Shown here one piece after another: positions 40,331 to 52,699 of a DNA stretch of 64,000 nt (the stretch's first letter is position 1; every line of letters starts with the position of its first letter). The stretch covers positions 1 to 64,000 of the forward strand of contig BDGG01000018.1 in assembly GCA_001949185.1 (NCBI GenBank), given 5' to 3'. The notes below the pieces were generated by a model. It searched no databases, was not told the DNA's origin, and was given only the letters and a program-made list of their open reading frames with translations. The position numbers and the translations under genes were made by a program. Source of the DNA: Ramazzottius varieornatus (Eukaryota > Animalia > Tardigrada).

Positions 40331-41302
40331 TGGCTTTTCAGACCTGGATTTTTCTCCTGACCACACGACTGACCACAATATGTGTCTAATGTTTCACCAT
40401 GATAAAGTGGGGCCTTGACCATCTCGTTATGTTTTTCTAGAGAATAGGTTGCACGCGATTCGTGCAAACATACTCACAACGAACTACCACCAAATTTGGT
40501 GAGGTGAGAACCAAACCCGCCCTGTTTTTCCGTGGGGCGCCTGACCGATGGTCACCTGCAGCATTTTGGTGACCGCATCGCGGTGCAAGCAAACAAAAAA
40601 CTCCCAGACCAAAAGACCAGAAGCGGACAGTAGGAGAGAGAGAATACTGGGTCATTGTACTCACAAAGAGTACGGTCGTGCTACAAGTGTTAATGCGATA
40701 TCACTATGGACACCCCTGTTTCTGAAATCAGTCTTTCTTTCGGAATGTTTGGCCAGATATACGCCCGTGTTACAACCGAATGTACTGTAGTATCTTGACC
40801 ACCCCTCTCGGGGTGTCGATAGCTATGTGCCGAATTAGGGGTTCCCTAATTAATCAATTGAATAGGGGTGCCTTTAGCAAAACAGGAATTGTGATAGGGG
40901 TGCCTATGGCCAAACGGGGTTTTTAGGACTGCCCATAGGCATTTCCTTTATATTATCTATTCATTCCGTTGCAACGTTTCCAACTTGAAATGCCACTCGA
41001 GCGGTCCTTCTTGTTTGTTCCCGACTATTCTATCGCATCCCTCCCACGTCTCTCTAGGGACGCCGGACACCCTAAACATCGCGTCATCTTCCAGATGACG
41101 TTTTATTTCTTTACCCCGTTGGAATACGATGGCCAAATATCTTCAGAGCATCGGCTCTCCAAGGTCGACAAAACAGGACATAAAAATAATTATCCAGATG
41201 AAACAATAATCCAAACTTCAATTTTTTCCAGCTGACGGTAGGCTACACTGGCACTTTGTCAGAGGAAAAGAGCAATGGGAAAGTGTTTTATAGTTTTCAT
41301 CT

Positions 41303-41635
41303 TCAAGAAGTCCCATTGACCTGCGGATTTTTCTTGCCCAAAAGGGGAGCGTGCGAGGCGCCTGCCGAGACCTTGAAGATGTCGTACAGGTCGGTATTCT
41401 TGGACTGGACCTTGGTGGGCTGCATGACGGCCTCCATCTCTTCTTCATCAATACAGTCAACGGAGGAGGAAGGCGAGCCCCAAACGTACAGCTGCCCCTC
41501 CTGGCTGGAAGTTCTATCGCATCCCTTGTTCAAACCATCTGCGCAAAGTGCGGCTTCTCTGTTACCGGGACCTTCGAACGGTCTTGAAGGCATTCCTTCT
41601 AGTTTGCGTGGTTCTATAATCACGATGTTCCCATT
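41303..41635 (-). pseudogene. RCC1-repeat-like gene fragment
   Basis: GQLYVWGS...PTKVQ...IFKVSAGASH..L motif in an isolated exon. Confidence 0.5.
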
Positions 41636-42044
41636 ACAGAATCAAAGAAGCGGTCGCAGAACAACTACAGCACAAAGAAAAGTGAAGTATTCCATATACG
41701 GTAATCCTCGAAAGTTCTGCGCGGTCTAATGACAGGTTCACAAAATTATCCGCGGGACCTGCTGAGCGAACCATGATTACGCGGGGCCTAATTTATGGGC
41801 CTGTCTTCGGTCCACTCTCTCCTAAAATCTCGCCTTGTTCAACCTGTAGAACCCATACTTTTTGCGTAACCGTTCCTTCGTCATGTCCATCAGTAATTCT
41901 TCATCAAACAAACTTCTTTCTACTTTATACTAAGATCTCGTCGTATAAAACCTGCAGTCGACCCTAAAGGCCATAGTAATGAATGCACCTTCTTGTCAAT
42001 AGGGTAATCATGACTGCATATTATACTAGCAAGAAATGACTGCG

Positions 42045-42756
42045 CAGCTTTGAGTTGACCAAAGCCACTCTCGCAGCGGTGAAGGCCAAGAAACTCTCTG
42101 GCCTCAGTTAGGTAACGGGGGGGGGGGAGGTGGAAAGAGAGCAGACAGCGCGTTCATTGAAACAGTGTGTTCACGAACACATCGTTCGCGTTCCAAAATT
42201 GATATCAAGCCGGAGAAGTGTTTTCGAAACAAATTTTTCCACAAACCTCACTAGAGGAAACCTTCAAATCTCTAAATAAGAAAGAGCGAGAACAATAGGA
42301 CAATCAAGCGTCAAGGTATAGGGAGTAAACCGCTCGGAGGTCGAAAATCTCTGCTCTCTGGCCCTTGTCCGATTCTGGCCGCAACACCGACATTACTGCT
42401 TGCTCAATGCACTACAAATTTCTTTTTCTATTGTGTTTGGCATCGAATGAGACTCTACTCTTCTGGCTATCCGTTCATCCTCGATGAAATCATCGTAAGA
42501 TTTGATTTAAATATTTCATGTAATGAAGTACATTGTGGGATGGTGGTTGCTGCCATCCGAATGTCTGCGGGTGAATAGAAAGCAAGGATTCCCACTTACT
42601 TCTCCCTGTCTCTCTGCCTCTCCTCCTCTATTTTTCTACGCAGCGCGGTTCATATGGTGAGTGAACGCTTCCCCCGCTATTTGCGGTATATCCAAGTTTT
42701 ATGACTAGCTTCAGGGCCTTAACCGCTGCAAGAGTGGCTTTGGGTTGACTATGCTG
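42045..42756. mobile_element. Unclassified non-autonomous element with ~45-bp imperfect TIRs
   Basis: ccaaagccactctcgcagcggtgaaggcc vs ggccttaaccgctgcaagagtggctttgg. No TSD recognised. Confidence 0.65.
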
Positions 42757-42855
42757 AATGTTTTCATGGTTTAGTATAGGCACTCATTAGTCATTGATGA
42801 TCATGAGTAGGGAAATGGTGAAAATTGGATGTTGATATACTGGCGTACTGCAGCA

Positions 42856-45373
42856 TTATGCAGGAGCTTCACAAGCAGCCGCTTTCAAGTCCTCCCAGAA
42901 GTGTGCAACGTCAGCAACTGAGTGATCAGGTAAAATCTGCCATTCCTTTTGCTTGTTCAGCCGGAACATGTGGCCGTATTCCAGGTCGAAGGGTACTCCG
43001 AAACCGCGCCTGAAATGATGTCAGTCTGTCTGGCATCGTCAGCTTGGTCCTATCATTCGAATTTAGCTGAGCTACGTATGTAGTACAGTACGTCGTACTT
43101 ACCCATTTTTGACAAAGGCAGCGACGAGGTACCTCATCTGTGCCGTGATTTTCTCATCGCCGTCCGGACCAAGTAGAATCTCCCCCAGTCGTCCTCCAAA
43201 GAGATATGCCACATCGTACATTTCGTGAGGTCTGCCCAGCGACCAGTTTAATCTCGTACACTCCGTGGCCGAATCGAGAGCGTACATCTGATAAGCGGCT
43301 TTTCCTTGCAGCAGTGAAGGGTTCTTGACGTACTCCACCGCTTCTTGTAAGACGGCCAGCCGTTGATTTATATCGACGGCAATCTACAAGGTAGAAATGA
43401 CAGCCTATGATGGATGGGAAGGGGTCAATTCATGGCTGAGAGTTGTATGGCGTGGAAGATTGAGGTACTTAGTTGACCTTTTGGATAGCTTTGTGGATTG
43501 CTGCTCTTGTCCTCTTAGCATGATCGACGTCCAGGTAATGCTGCAGAACTTGCTCGGCCACTTCATCCGTCACAGTACAGCCCAGAGCCTCGCTGACGAA
43601 GGGATGAAGGTTGGAGACAGCTTCGTCCAAGGCCACTTGGTACTGTTTACCTTCATCCAGAGGGCTCAGGTCGTTGGCGCTCTTACCATGTGCCGCTGTC
43701 GATATCTTGGCGCCACCCGAATCTATATACCAATAGCTAGCACTCCACTGATTCAGGCCAGGAGCTTGATGTCAAAAGGCAGATAAAACAAGGGGGAAAC
43801 CATGCTTGGGCACTCGTACCGTTCAGATAATCAAAGAGGCCACTTATGGGAACCATGGAGTAGCCTTGTAGTACGCTGCCATTGAACTTCCACTCGCTGC
43901 TGCGGAAGATCCAGTGCGGGTTATAGGGGACGCTGTCACTGTCGATCGAGGGGCGCCAAGGTGGCATATCTGTCGTCTATGAAAAGTCAGTAGCGTTTAC
44001 GTACAACTATAACCTTTCTTAGCTAGAAAAAGCATGACAGGAGAATAAGGCCAAGTGATGGTGCAACCTTGGTTTTGGACATGGCTGCATCGGCCAGCAG
44101 CAGCTGCACAGCTTCCTTGTTTCTTAAGCAGCCCATCAGTGCCTCCAAGCTACCATTGTCAGGACATCCGGCGCTTCGACCTAGTGCCACCGCATATGTT
44201 TGGGCAGAGCTGATGAGGCTTTTGTGATGAAAGCTCGATCCTCCCATCAAAATCACGCCGGCGATAATCTCTATAATCAATCATTTGTCATGACGTTTGT
44301 TCGCTGCATTCATCTTTCATCGACCCATGCGCTTTGCTCATTTTAAGCTGGGCAATATTTGCCTACCGCGAACATCGCGGTCCATCATAGCCAGCGAGAC
44401 CATGGAAGCCCCTGAACCGTGGCCCAGCAAGGTCATCCGGTGGGCGTCAGCACCGAATCGCCCAATATATTGTCTGATCCACTTCAAGGCCATCACCATA
44501 TCTTTCATCCCCCAGTTGCCTCGCGCACTGGCATCCTCCACGCTGAGAAAGCCTGTCCGTACAACCAAACTTCCCTTATCGTCTGATGACAACTGGGCAG
44601 CACATTGTGACCAAATATCCTTCTGCTAACGTACCGAACAGTCCCAACCTGTAGTTGACGGTGACCACCACCGCGTCGATGGCGCGAGCCAGACTGTTAG
44701 CGTCGTACAGGTGTCCGGCCCCAGCTATACAACACACCAAGTACTGTACATGAAAGCCACTACAAGTCAACTTTATTGAAGAAATCGAAGCAGCCTTGTT
44801 CCTATATATACCTTGGAAGTCTCCGCCGTGTATAAAGACCAATACAGGCCGCAGTTGGTTTTTCAGCAGGCTGTGTTCCTGGTTGACCGGGGGAACATGA
44901 ATATTGAGAAAGAGGCAGTCTTCGCTGGTCAAGTTCATGTTGAGCGGAGGCGGATATTGCCGCTGGCTAGCCTGAATGCAGGCCGAGCCGGCTTTAGCAA
45001 AGACCCGTGCCAGTTGCTCTTGTCCGTCGTGGGTGTAGTCATCAAAAAATTTGGGCGGCTGAAAAGGTAACCCAACATTTCCCAAATAGTTGGCTTTTTT
45101 GTGCGTCAATGGCATAAGGGGACAAAAGTACTGCTTGACCTGGAAGCGATCAGCCGTCGCATATCGAATGCCCGAAAATTCCCAGGCTCGCCAGACACTG
45201 TCGTGCGACGTCCATGTTGACTTGCCCATGATTTTCAACCGGTTAACATGAGCAACTCCATCGTACAGGTTAGCATAATCCATATAGTTGAATCCAATGG
45301 CCATTTTGATCCCCATTGAAATGCAACACCATAGGGAGAGGAACATTCTACATATCGACACTGAAAAATTCAT
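42856..45373 (-). CDS. Secreted type-B carboxylesterase/cholinesterase-like protein, probably non-catalytic (multi-exon)
   Basis: Hydrophobic N-terminus, FSGIRYA, SEDCLFLNI, VFIHGGDF, TVNYRLG, GNWGMKD, LLGHGSGA (Gly at the nucleophile position), GCP..CLR. Ends HFWEDLKAAACEAPA* with no TM segment. Confidence 0.88.
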
Positions 45374-48183
45374 TCTTCGAATTCCGTTGGCGTTTCAAGG
45401 TTGTGGGCACACAGTATCATGGACTGAGGCTGGACTTGACGATGAGACGGAAAATTGATGGGGAAGCTTAGCGTAAACGAAAGGAAGAAGGAGGAAGTCT
45501 CTTGATTGACGTGCAGATGTGGAGGATAATTTGGGCTGGCTTACTCGAATCTCGACTGTCAGCTGGTCCGTCAAACTTTAATCAAAGCGAACACGATCCA
45601 CTCGATCCCTCCTTCTGCTTGGACTCTTGCTGTGATTGCAGCTTGTGCTGGCTCGCAAATATATACACATCCCTCCCTCCGTGCATAACAAAAAGGAAAA
45701 AGGAGGAACGGAAGCGTTTATTTGTGTATGGTGGCAAGTGTCAATCGGGGTTGAATGGTTGGCTCGTGATTTAAAGTGCTGCATGTATATTGAAAGCGCG
45801 GAACCCTTAAGAAACAGTGCAAAGAGAGGCAGCAGACTTTAATCTTCAATATATAGTCCATATGAGCCACATTATGGCTTTGACTACGGAGACGTATACG
45901 TCGAAATTGATTTGTGCTCATCGGCTCCTCTATGGAAGCCTCTTAGCGAGACCTGTACCGTAAAGGAGTGATGGGAATATACTATGGCCAAGCCGCGGAG
46001 AAGCCTAGGCAAGCAGTCGGTTCGGCGCGCCTTTTGTCCTTTGTGTCTTCTTGTGCCATCAGGAAGACTTTAGCCAGGTTCAATGTCAGGCCAGACAATG
46101 CATGATGGTTTGCTATAACGAGAACCGCCATGTTCCTGTGGCGATGAAGGCCAGCGTCCATTGGCATCCCGGTCCCATGCAGTCTTTGGCGGGACCCAAC
46201 TTCCAGCAGACAAAACCGGGATTTCTTCGCCGACCGGTGATCCGAGCTCGTCTCATGACTTCAAACCAGCTTGCCCGTTAATGCCGTTCCGAACGAAAAG
46301 GCATTTGGCTGTAGGTCTAATACTGTACAAGTTAAGCCTGGAGGAAGTGAGGGGCTAGTGGACTCAGGAATCTGGACAAAGCTGCGGACACCCACAGCTA
46401 GCGTCCTCCTTGCCCCTGCTGCCAAACTGGTGCCTTGATCCACGTCTTGATATGTACTACTTTTTGCCAGCGTCAGTTCATCAAAGTCTGTTCACCAAAG
46501 TCGACTATCCCGGGCTATGCACCTGTCTTTTCTCACAGTGGATGACAGCACTCGTTCACCGGCATGGCACTGATGGTAGACATAACAGTGCGCTGCCCCT
46601 CTAGGCTATAACCCAACCTGCTTCAAGCTGACCAACCAATTGGCCGATCTTGCGCCCGGCGGTATCCCTTCGCGGGCCTTAGGAACATTGCAGCAAGCGA
46701 TCTTTCCTGATAATAACTCGGTCGCTGTACAAGACCAAAGCAAGTGGATGTTTTCACTGACGACGTTTTCTTCCTCTTGACGCCTCCGACCACTAGGTCC
46801 ACCATCTGCGGCGACGTCAGGTATGACACCCAAACCCACGCTCGCTACAGCCCCCCCCCCTTTCGGCAAAAATTGTCTCGCTCGGTATTGATAAACGAAA
46901 TGCGCGCTTGTTCCGACAGGTTGTGGTCTACGACATGACACCACACCATATGACATGACCTGACCTGACATTCCGTTTCTGCCGCATCGGAGTGTGAACG
47001 ACAGGCAGTTTTATGGAAAGGCGCAGAGAGTCAAAACTTGGCGAAAAAGTTGTAACATCATGCCTGCGTCAGAAATTTGCCGCATTACTTGATTGCAAAC
47101 TTCTCGCCTTTGACTTCTGTCGCCGACGCGTAAGCACGGATGGGGCATAAGTCCTCTACATGCAACCCACAGGGCCATCAAATAGCGGCTTTTGGTATCC
47201 CTGGCCGATAAATCTAGTCTGTTTCCACAACTAGAGGGGATCGTCACAGATCCCCTTCAGCTTAAGTAGAGCACGTTTCAACAAATGAGTATCGGCATAT
47301 GAGAATGCGTCCAAAGCATTTTCAGTCGGAACTGGCCCTTTATGACATCAAGTTGTTCAGAATGTTGAACCGCACCATAGGTTCATTTTGCCGCACTGTG
47401 CCGTGGTAATGAAATCAAAACGCTTGGCTGGAAGATTTGAAATTACTGCTGCAAATACACGGGTGATTTGGGCCAGTTTCAACACTGGCGATGTGTTGCA
47501 TCTGGAGACGCGCACCAGCGAGCACTTGCAGCGCACGTTGTCTCCACAGTGTTGGTACTTGATCAGTTGATTAAAAGTACTGCGCACAGCGGACGAGACC
47601 GATGTGCGAGCTGATGTAAGAAAACACATCCTTTCGGTGCTTCCGTCTTATTCCTCATAACTCATTGGCCAGTGGTCAAAACTTGATTCTGACTTCGAAT
47701 TTGGGTTTCTCAGGGGTCTGTTTGACATGGGTTTCAATCTCTTTTGACTTCGCCCTTCGGGTGCAGAAACTTTAAAATGCTCTCCTAAACAATTCAGTCG
47801 TGAGCCAGTTGGACGCATTCTTACATGCCGATACTCAAATAACAACGTTAATCATACATAGGCCCCTTAAGCTCGAGATAACGATGATCTCAAAGTTGTT
47901 GGCCGATTTGCCCGATTGACTGGTCCGGCTTATCTCTACGCTAATAGTGGAATCCTTAACAAGACAACTGGATTGTACAGCTGCAGTACAGTGCTGTAGG
48001 TACATGAGTAAGACTTCCGGGGGGATGGAGCTAGCTGTGACAGATGGGCATTACCTCCACGTCGTATGCGAATAAGTGCTCACATAGTGCGAGGGCCTTA
48101 ACCACGCGTGGTCAGTCTGAAACCTCCGGATCACGCCACAAGTTGATCAAATATTCGAATTTACCATAAGACTATATTTCAGA

Positions 48184-48755
48184 ATGGAAGGTGAGGAATT
48201 TTGAGTGCGCGGAAAGCAGATGGTGGATTACATGGCTGATTACATGCAGAATATCAAGGAGCGCCCTGTATCTTTCCCGATGTGAAGCAAGGATACTTGA
48301 AGAAGTTGGTTCTCAACAGGCCGAAAGCTGGGAGGATGTCTTTGCCGACATTGAAGGCGTCCTTATGCCCGGAGTAGGCTTTCATGGCTGTCATGTTCCT
48401 GCAAGATTCCCACACGTTGACACGTCCTAAGTGATGGTCGGTCAACATCTTTCAGTCTTTAACAGATTGGGCATTGGCACATTCGCCTACACTACCCCCC
48501 AGTGGAAACTCCTTCCCGGCCATACTGGGCGATATGCTGAGCGATGCTATGGGCTGCGTTGGCTTTTCTTGGGTAGGGGACTGCACTTTCGAGGAACAAC
48601 GTCGGTTGGCCGCAGTCGGGGATTGAACTGCAAAAGACAGAACGGTGGTTGGCTTTCCTTGGCAGGCGGCAGGCGGCAGGTCCAGCGTGTACCGAGCTGG
48701 AAAGTGTCATCATGGGCTGGCTGGCCAAAATTTTGGGTCTGCCGCCACATCTAAA
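48184..48755 (+). pseudogene. DDC: Aromatic-L-amino-acid (DOPA/tyrosine/histidine) decarboxylase N-terminal fragment
   Basis: MEGEEF*VRGKQMVDYMADY..ESWEDVFADIEGVLMPG..SFPAILGDMLSDAMGCVGFSW|AAGPACTELESVIMGWLAKILGLP. Early stop, frameshifts, two introns, 3'-truncated. Confidence 0.88.
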
Positions 48756-49255
48756 TGCAATTTAGCAGGCAAGGGCGTGTCTACACAAGTTCGCTGTGAC
48801 TAGTAATGTGTCCACAACTGCTAATTAAATTTGACCACGGGCTGGGCAGCACTTTCGACATTGTATAACTGATATTCTTTCTTCATCTTTTTGCTGTTGA
48901 GCTGACAGTTCCCCCACCGGATCATATTTCATGACATTCGTTCAAAGGATATCTTGTGTACAGTCCACTCGTTCGAGATGTGTTACCTAATTTGACGGTT
49001 TCAAAAATTGAAAGATCAGGGAAATTAACGAGCCTGCTCGCCATGCAGCAGCTTAGCTAGACGCATGCGGCTTGATTACTTGATTACATCGGTCGAAGCA
49101 GGGTGTTATTTATATGTTTTATATTTGAATGTCGGCTTGGATGCGTTATGGTGAATGTATGGCGGGCCCAGACTTGAAACCGTGAAAGTAGGTAACGCAT
49201 CTCGAACGAGTGGACTGTAGCGGTAAAACTAGGTAAAACTTGAGGAAGCAGCATG

Positions 49256-49734
49256 TCAATATTCATAGTCATCGTAGAGACACCGAACTTGGTAGCCATA
49301 ATCATCGTAGCACAGCTGTTGAGCGGTGTAAAGGGGGAGCGCTAGCGCATTGTAGATGGGCATGGTGTTGTAGTAGCCATAACCGTAAGAAGGATAATAC
49401 TTGTAGTAATCTGCAAGGATTTTAAACGTCCATCGGGTCTTCAGCAAAGGGTTGCTAAAAGATAGATATACTAACGTGGTCTGTGACGGCGGCGGAAACC
49501 ACGACCGTTGCTCAAGCCACTTCGGCCGAAATGACGTCCCAAACCTCGAGCTGTGTCGCCAAAGTCTCCTCGAAAGCCACGGCCTAAGCCTCTCAATCCT
49601 CTTCCCTGACCACCTCCCAATCGGTATCCTGTCCTCCTTCCACCGCCTCGACCGTCACGTTGCGCCAAAATATCCTCCGGTAGTACCAGCACCACAGCCA
49701 GCAATAGGAAGAACAAACGATGCGAATTCAACAT
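49256..49734 (-). CDS. Small secreted protein with a Gly/Arg-rich region and a Tyr-rich acidic tail (2 exons)
   Basis: Signal peptide (RLFFLLLAVVLVLPEDILA). Phase-1 intron ~49475-49414. Tail YYKYYPSYGYGYY...CYDDYGYQVRCLYDDYEY*. Confidence 0.75.
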
Positions 49735-49913
49735 CGCGCGTCTCATAGCGAAATAAATCCTTTTGCGAAGTGCTGGAAAAATAGCGTCTTTCGGCAGATT
49801 GACGTACGAGGTCCGGGATCCTTTAAAGTGCGCTGGCATCTGTAAAAGGCGGAAGTGCTTGATTTTGGGGCCATGCAGAACGCAAGTCAGTCTTCTGCTC
49901 TTCGGCTATTAAT

Positions 49914-50347
49914 AAGGGTTTACAAAGATAGATTACATCACTGGTGGAATTACAACGCTGGTGTAATTGGCTCCACCCACATCCTTACGATTGGCCTATT
50001 CATTCCACCAGACGTTACACTTTCGGTGTAATTACGAGTCGCTCCGGAACGACTCGTAATTACACCAGACTTAACCAACATCCCGAATGCGCTGTGCTCC
50101 CCTCCAAACTTTCAAATATCACTTCCATGATAAAGTTTCTTGCTGCTCGTTCTACTGGTGAGTGTATGGTGGTTCCTCCGACATCAGAGATATTATAATC
50201 GTCCAATCGTACTTACCTGCAGTGCGGGGCTTTCAAAGCGAGCCGTTACACCGCTTTCCTAACTGGTCAAAAGAAATTTCTGGGCGTATCCACCAAAGTA
50301 GCTGGTGTAATTACACCACGAAGCCAGCTTAGTCTTTGTAAGCCCTT
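49914..50347. mobile_element. Harbinger-type MITE with AAT TSD and GTAATTAC subterminal motifs
   Basis: AAT|AAGGGTTTACAAAGA...TCTTTGTAAGCCCTT|AAT. Confidence 0.75.
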
Positions 50348-50694
50348 AATGTACGACGATCGAGTACCGTTCGAAGTAAAGCTCGAAAAATTATGATAGG
50401 ATTATGTCATGTATCTGCTTGAATGACCTTTACCGTCTTTTTATCGTCGCGTCCTATGCTGCAAAATCCGCGCCACCATCTTCCAAACCGGCTCAAGCCG
50501 GAAGTTATCGTTAGTTATCTTCGCAATAAAGCCTTCAAGCTCGGCTTCGGTCTGGTTTTACCACTCGGTAAGCTTGTGGCGCCACCCTCACGTTCCATCT
50601 CTTCCGCTATGTACCGCCTGCACACCTTTCTACGCTCCTCATTTACAACTTCAGTTCATGTCTCGACTTCCAGAGTTTCGGGCAAATCGTACTA

Positions 50695-51081
50695 CACGCC
50701 CAAAAAGAAAGTTTGGGCCAGGCGATGCCGAAGCAGCCGAACGGATGTACAGTGTAGGCAAATAAGGTACTCTAAGTGGGGGCAAGGCCAAAATCGACAT
50801 GACGCAGAAAGCAAACAGCTGATCAAGCTGCAATCCAGAGACGTGAACTGCCGCTTAATCTGCTGGTTACTTCGAGCCGGAGTTTCTACGTCACTTGTCG
50901 AAAACTCGATTTTGGCCCTCCCCCTTTTAGAGTAACTTAATTGCCCACACTGTACGTACGTGTACAATTCACTCCACGAGTCCACAGCACTTTTTAACCA
51001 TTTTCTACGGTTGAATTTCAATTTCCGCCTTTTCCGTCTGGCCCAAACTATTCAATGGCCCGAACTTTCTCTTCGTGCGTC
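50695..51081. mobile_element. pogo-family MITE (TA-flanked) related to the 14.1 kb and 58.3 kb termini
   Basis: TA|CACGC..AAGAAAGTTTGGGCCAG vs CTGGCCCAAAC..GGCCCGAACTTTCTCTTCGTGCGTC|TA. Confidence 0.65.
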
Positions 51082-51347
51082 TACAACGTGTCCACGCCGT
51101 CATTAAGATTAATAGCGTACTATTGCATTGGGAAGAAGAATCCAATGAGGAACCACTGCACTGAAAGATACTTTGTTTAGCACAGGTACGACAGCTTGGT
51201 ATGCACAGAAATATAGTACTTACTTGGTGAGATGGAAAGAGAAAGCGCTAAGATTGTTGTACGTAAAGGCAAGTACTATTGTCAATGCGTCAAGATGAGA
51301 CGCTACTACTTTGACATGCAAGAAATTGTGAGGGGTAGCGGCCCATC

Positions 51348-51898
51348 TTATTGGTGCTTGACAGGGATGCTGTGTGTCGGCAGGTGGGTCGGCCGGCTCC
51401 TTTTGAACAGGTATTTCCGATGGCCGGTGGAGTGTAAGGTGCCTCCAGCCTGACCATGCCTCTCTCCATCTGCCACGTCAGCTCTTCGTCCTTGACGCCT
51501 TCCGCTAATGAGCCCAGCTACTGGCAATACGCGTGGACTGAAAGCCTTAGCCCTTCTTCTCCCTTCGCACTCTGATCTTGAGGTGGTTTCCCTTGCATTT
51601 GACCTCGATATCCTCGGCCTTGCGTGGTCCGGTCTCAAAGACCAGGCGCATCTTCTTTTGGCCCTTCTCTTCCACAATCTGAAACAGCTCTTTTGATCCC
51701 ACTTTCCGCGCTGGCTGCCTTCGGCATTCTCCAGCAACGAGCCAGAGTGCCACACATCGTTGTGCAGCCCCTCCATCTGCAAATCAAAACATATTACTCA
51801 GCACGAATAACAGCAACAAACAAGAACCAGACCGGCGAAAAGAACAGAAACGACTTCTCCCTGGGAGGATGTATCGTTTCGCCAGTCTTGGCCGCCAT
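51348..51898 (-). pseudogene. Small heat-shock protein (alpha-crystallin domain), disrupted
   Basis: KKMRLVFETGPRKAEDIEVKCKGNHLKIRV, then a stop and frameshift, then LAEGVKDEELTWQMERGMVRLEAP and a terminal IPV (IXI/V) motif in another frame. Confidence 0.72.
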
Positions 51899-52653
51899 GG
51901 TTAACTCAGGCAGAAGTTTGTCCAATAAAACTACAGTATGTTAAGGCTTATTATAAGACGCATATTCAGCTGGCGGCAGTGGCAACTTACCATGTTGGAC
52001 ATGCACTGGAAATCGCCGTCGCAAAAAGTAGAGCTGGGCGCTGACCATCGATGACGCTTGAAGGGGGCAAAACTTCGCCGGAAAGGCGTATCCAGCATGT
52101 TGGTAACCTGAGGCAGCAGCAGACGAGCAGGTTTCGCGACATCGTCAGGCTCTGGATGACGACTTGACTCTCACAAAGACTGACAGATGTTGGACTGGAG
52201 AAAAGAGCACTTTGACACTTTTGAGAGCAGAGAGGGAGAAGGCCACCTTGGGAACATTTGAAAAGTGAAGGTTGCAGCTGGAACTAGAAGGAAGAGTTCG
52301 GTACGTGTTTATACAGGAAACGAGTGGCTGACGAAAGTGGCACCATGTTATTGCGGCTTGCTGCAATAACATGGCTTGCTGCAAGTGCAGTAGTAGGCTT
52401 CCGGGAGAACCTACCAGCAATATCGATTGCAGTGGAGAAGTTTCGCCAATGCTCCAAATGGAAGGCCCCAGTCACCTGCCATTTGAAGGCCAGTTTGGCT
52501 CTGGCAGCCTACGCCCTCACACACCGTCTTCCAACTCACGAACGGCCGAAAGACGGCTCAGCATTTCCCTATGACCGAAAGATAATAGTCCTCCTCACGG
52601 CAGGCCGTAAAACTCCGTTGATTGTGTTGATCTTGAAAGTGGATTAAGAAGTC

Positions 52654-52699
52654 TCGCTTTCAAGATAAGCAGCCCTCGAGTAGCTTATCTTGAAAGCGA
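52654..52699. repeat. Perfect 17-bp stem hairpin with a 12-nt loop
   Basis: TCGCTTTCAAGATAAGC-N12-GCTTATCTTGAAAGCGA. Confidence 0.9.

Larger units (their letters stand above)
37344..40689 (-). mobile_element. piggyBac element with TTAA TSD
   Basis: TTAA|CACTTACAGCAC...GTGCTACAAGTG|TTAA enclosing the transposase and a second gene. Confidence 0.85.
37228..40946. mobile_element. Mutator-like MITE (~110-bp TIRs, 9-bp TSD) interrupted by the piggyBac
   Basis: aaaccccgtttggctataggcaccc vs gggtgcctatggccaaacggggttt. G/C termini. TSD TTAATATTA/TTTATATTA. Confidence 0.78.
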
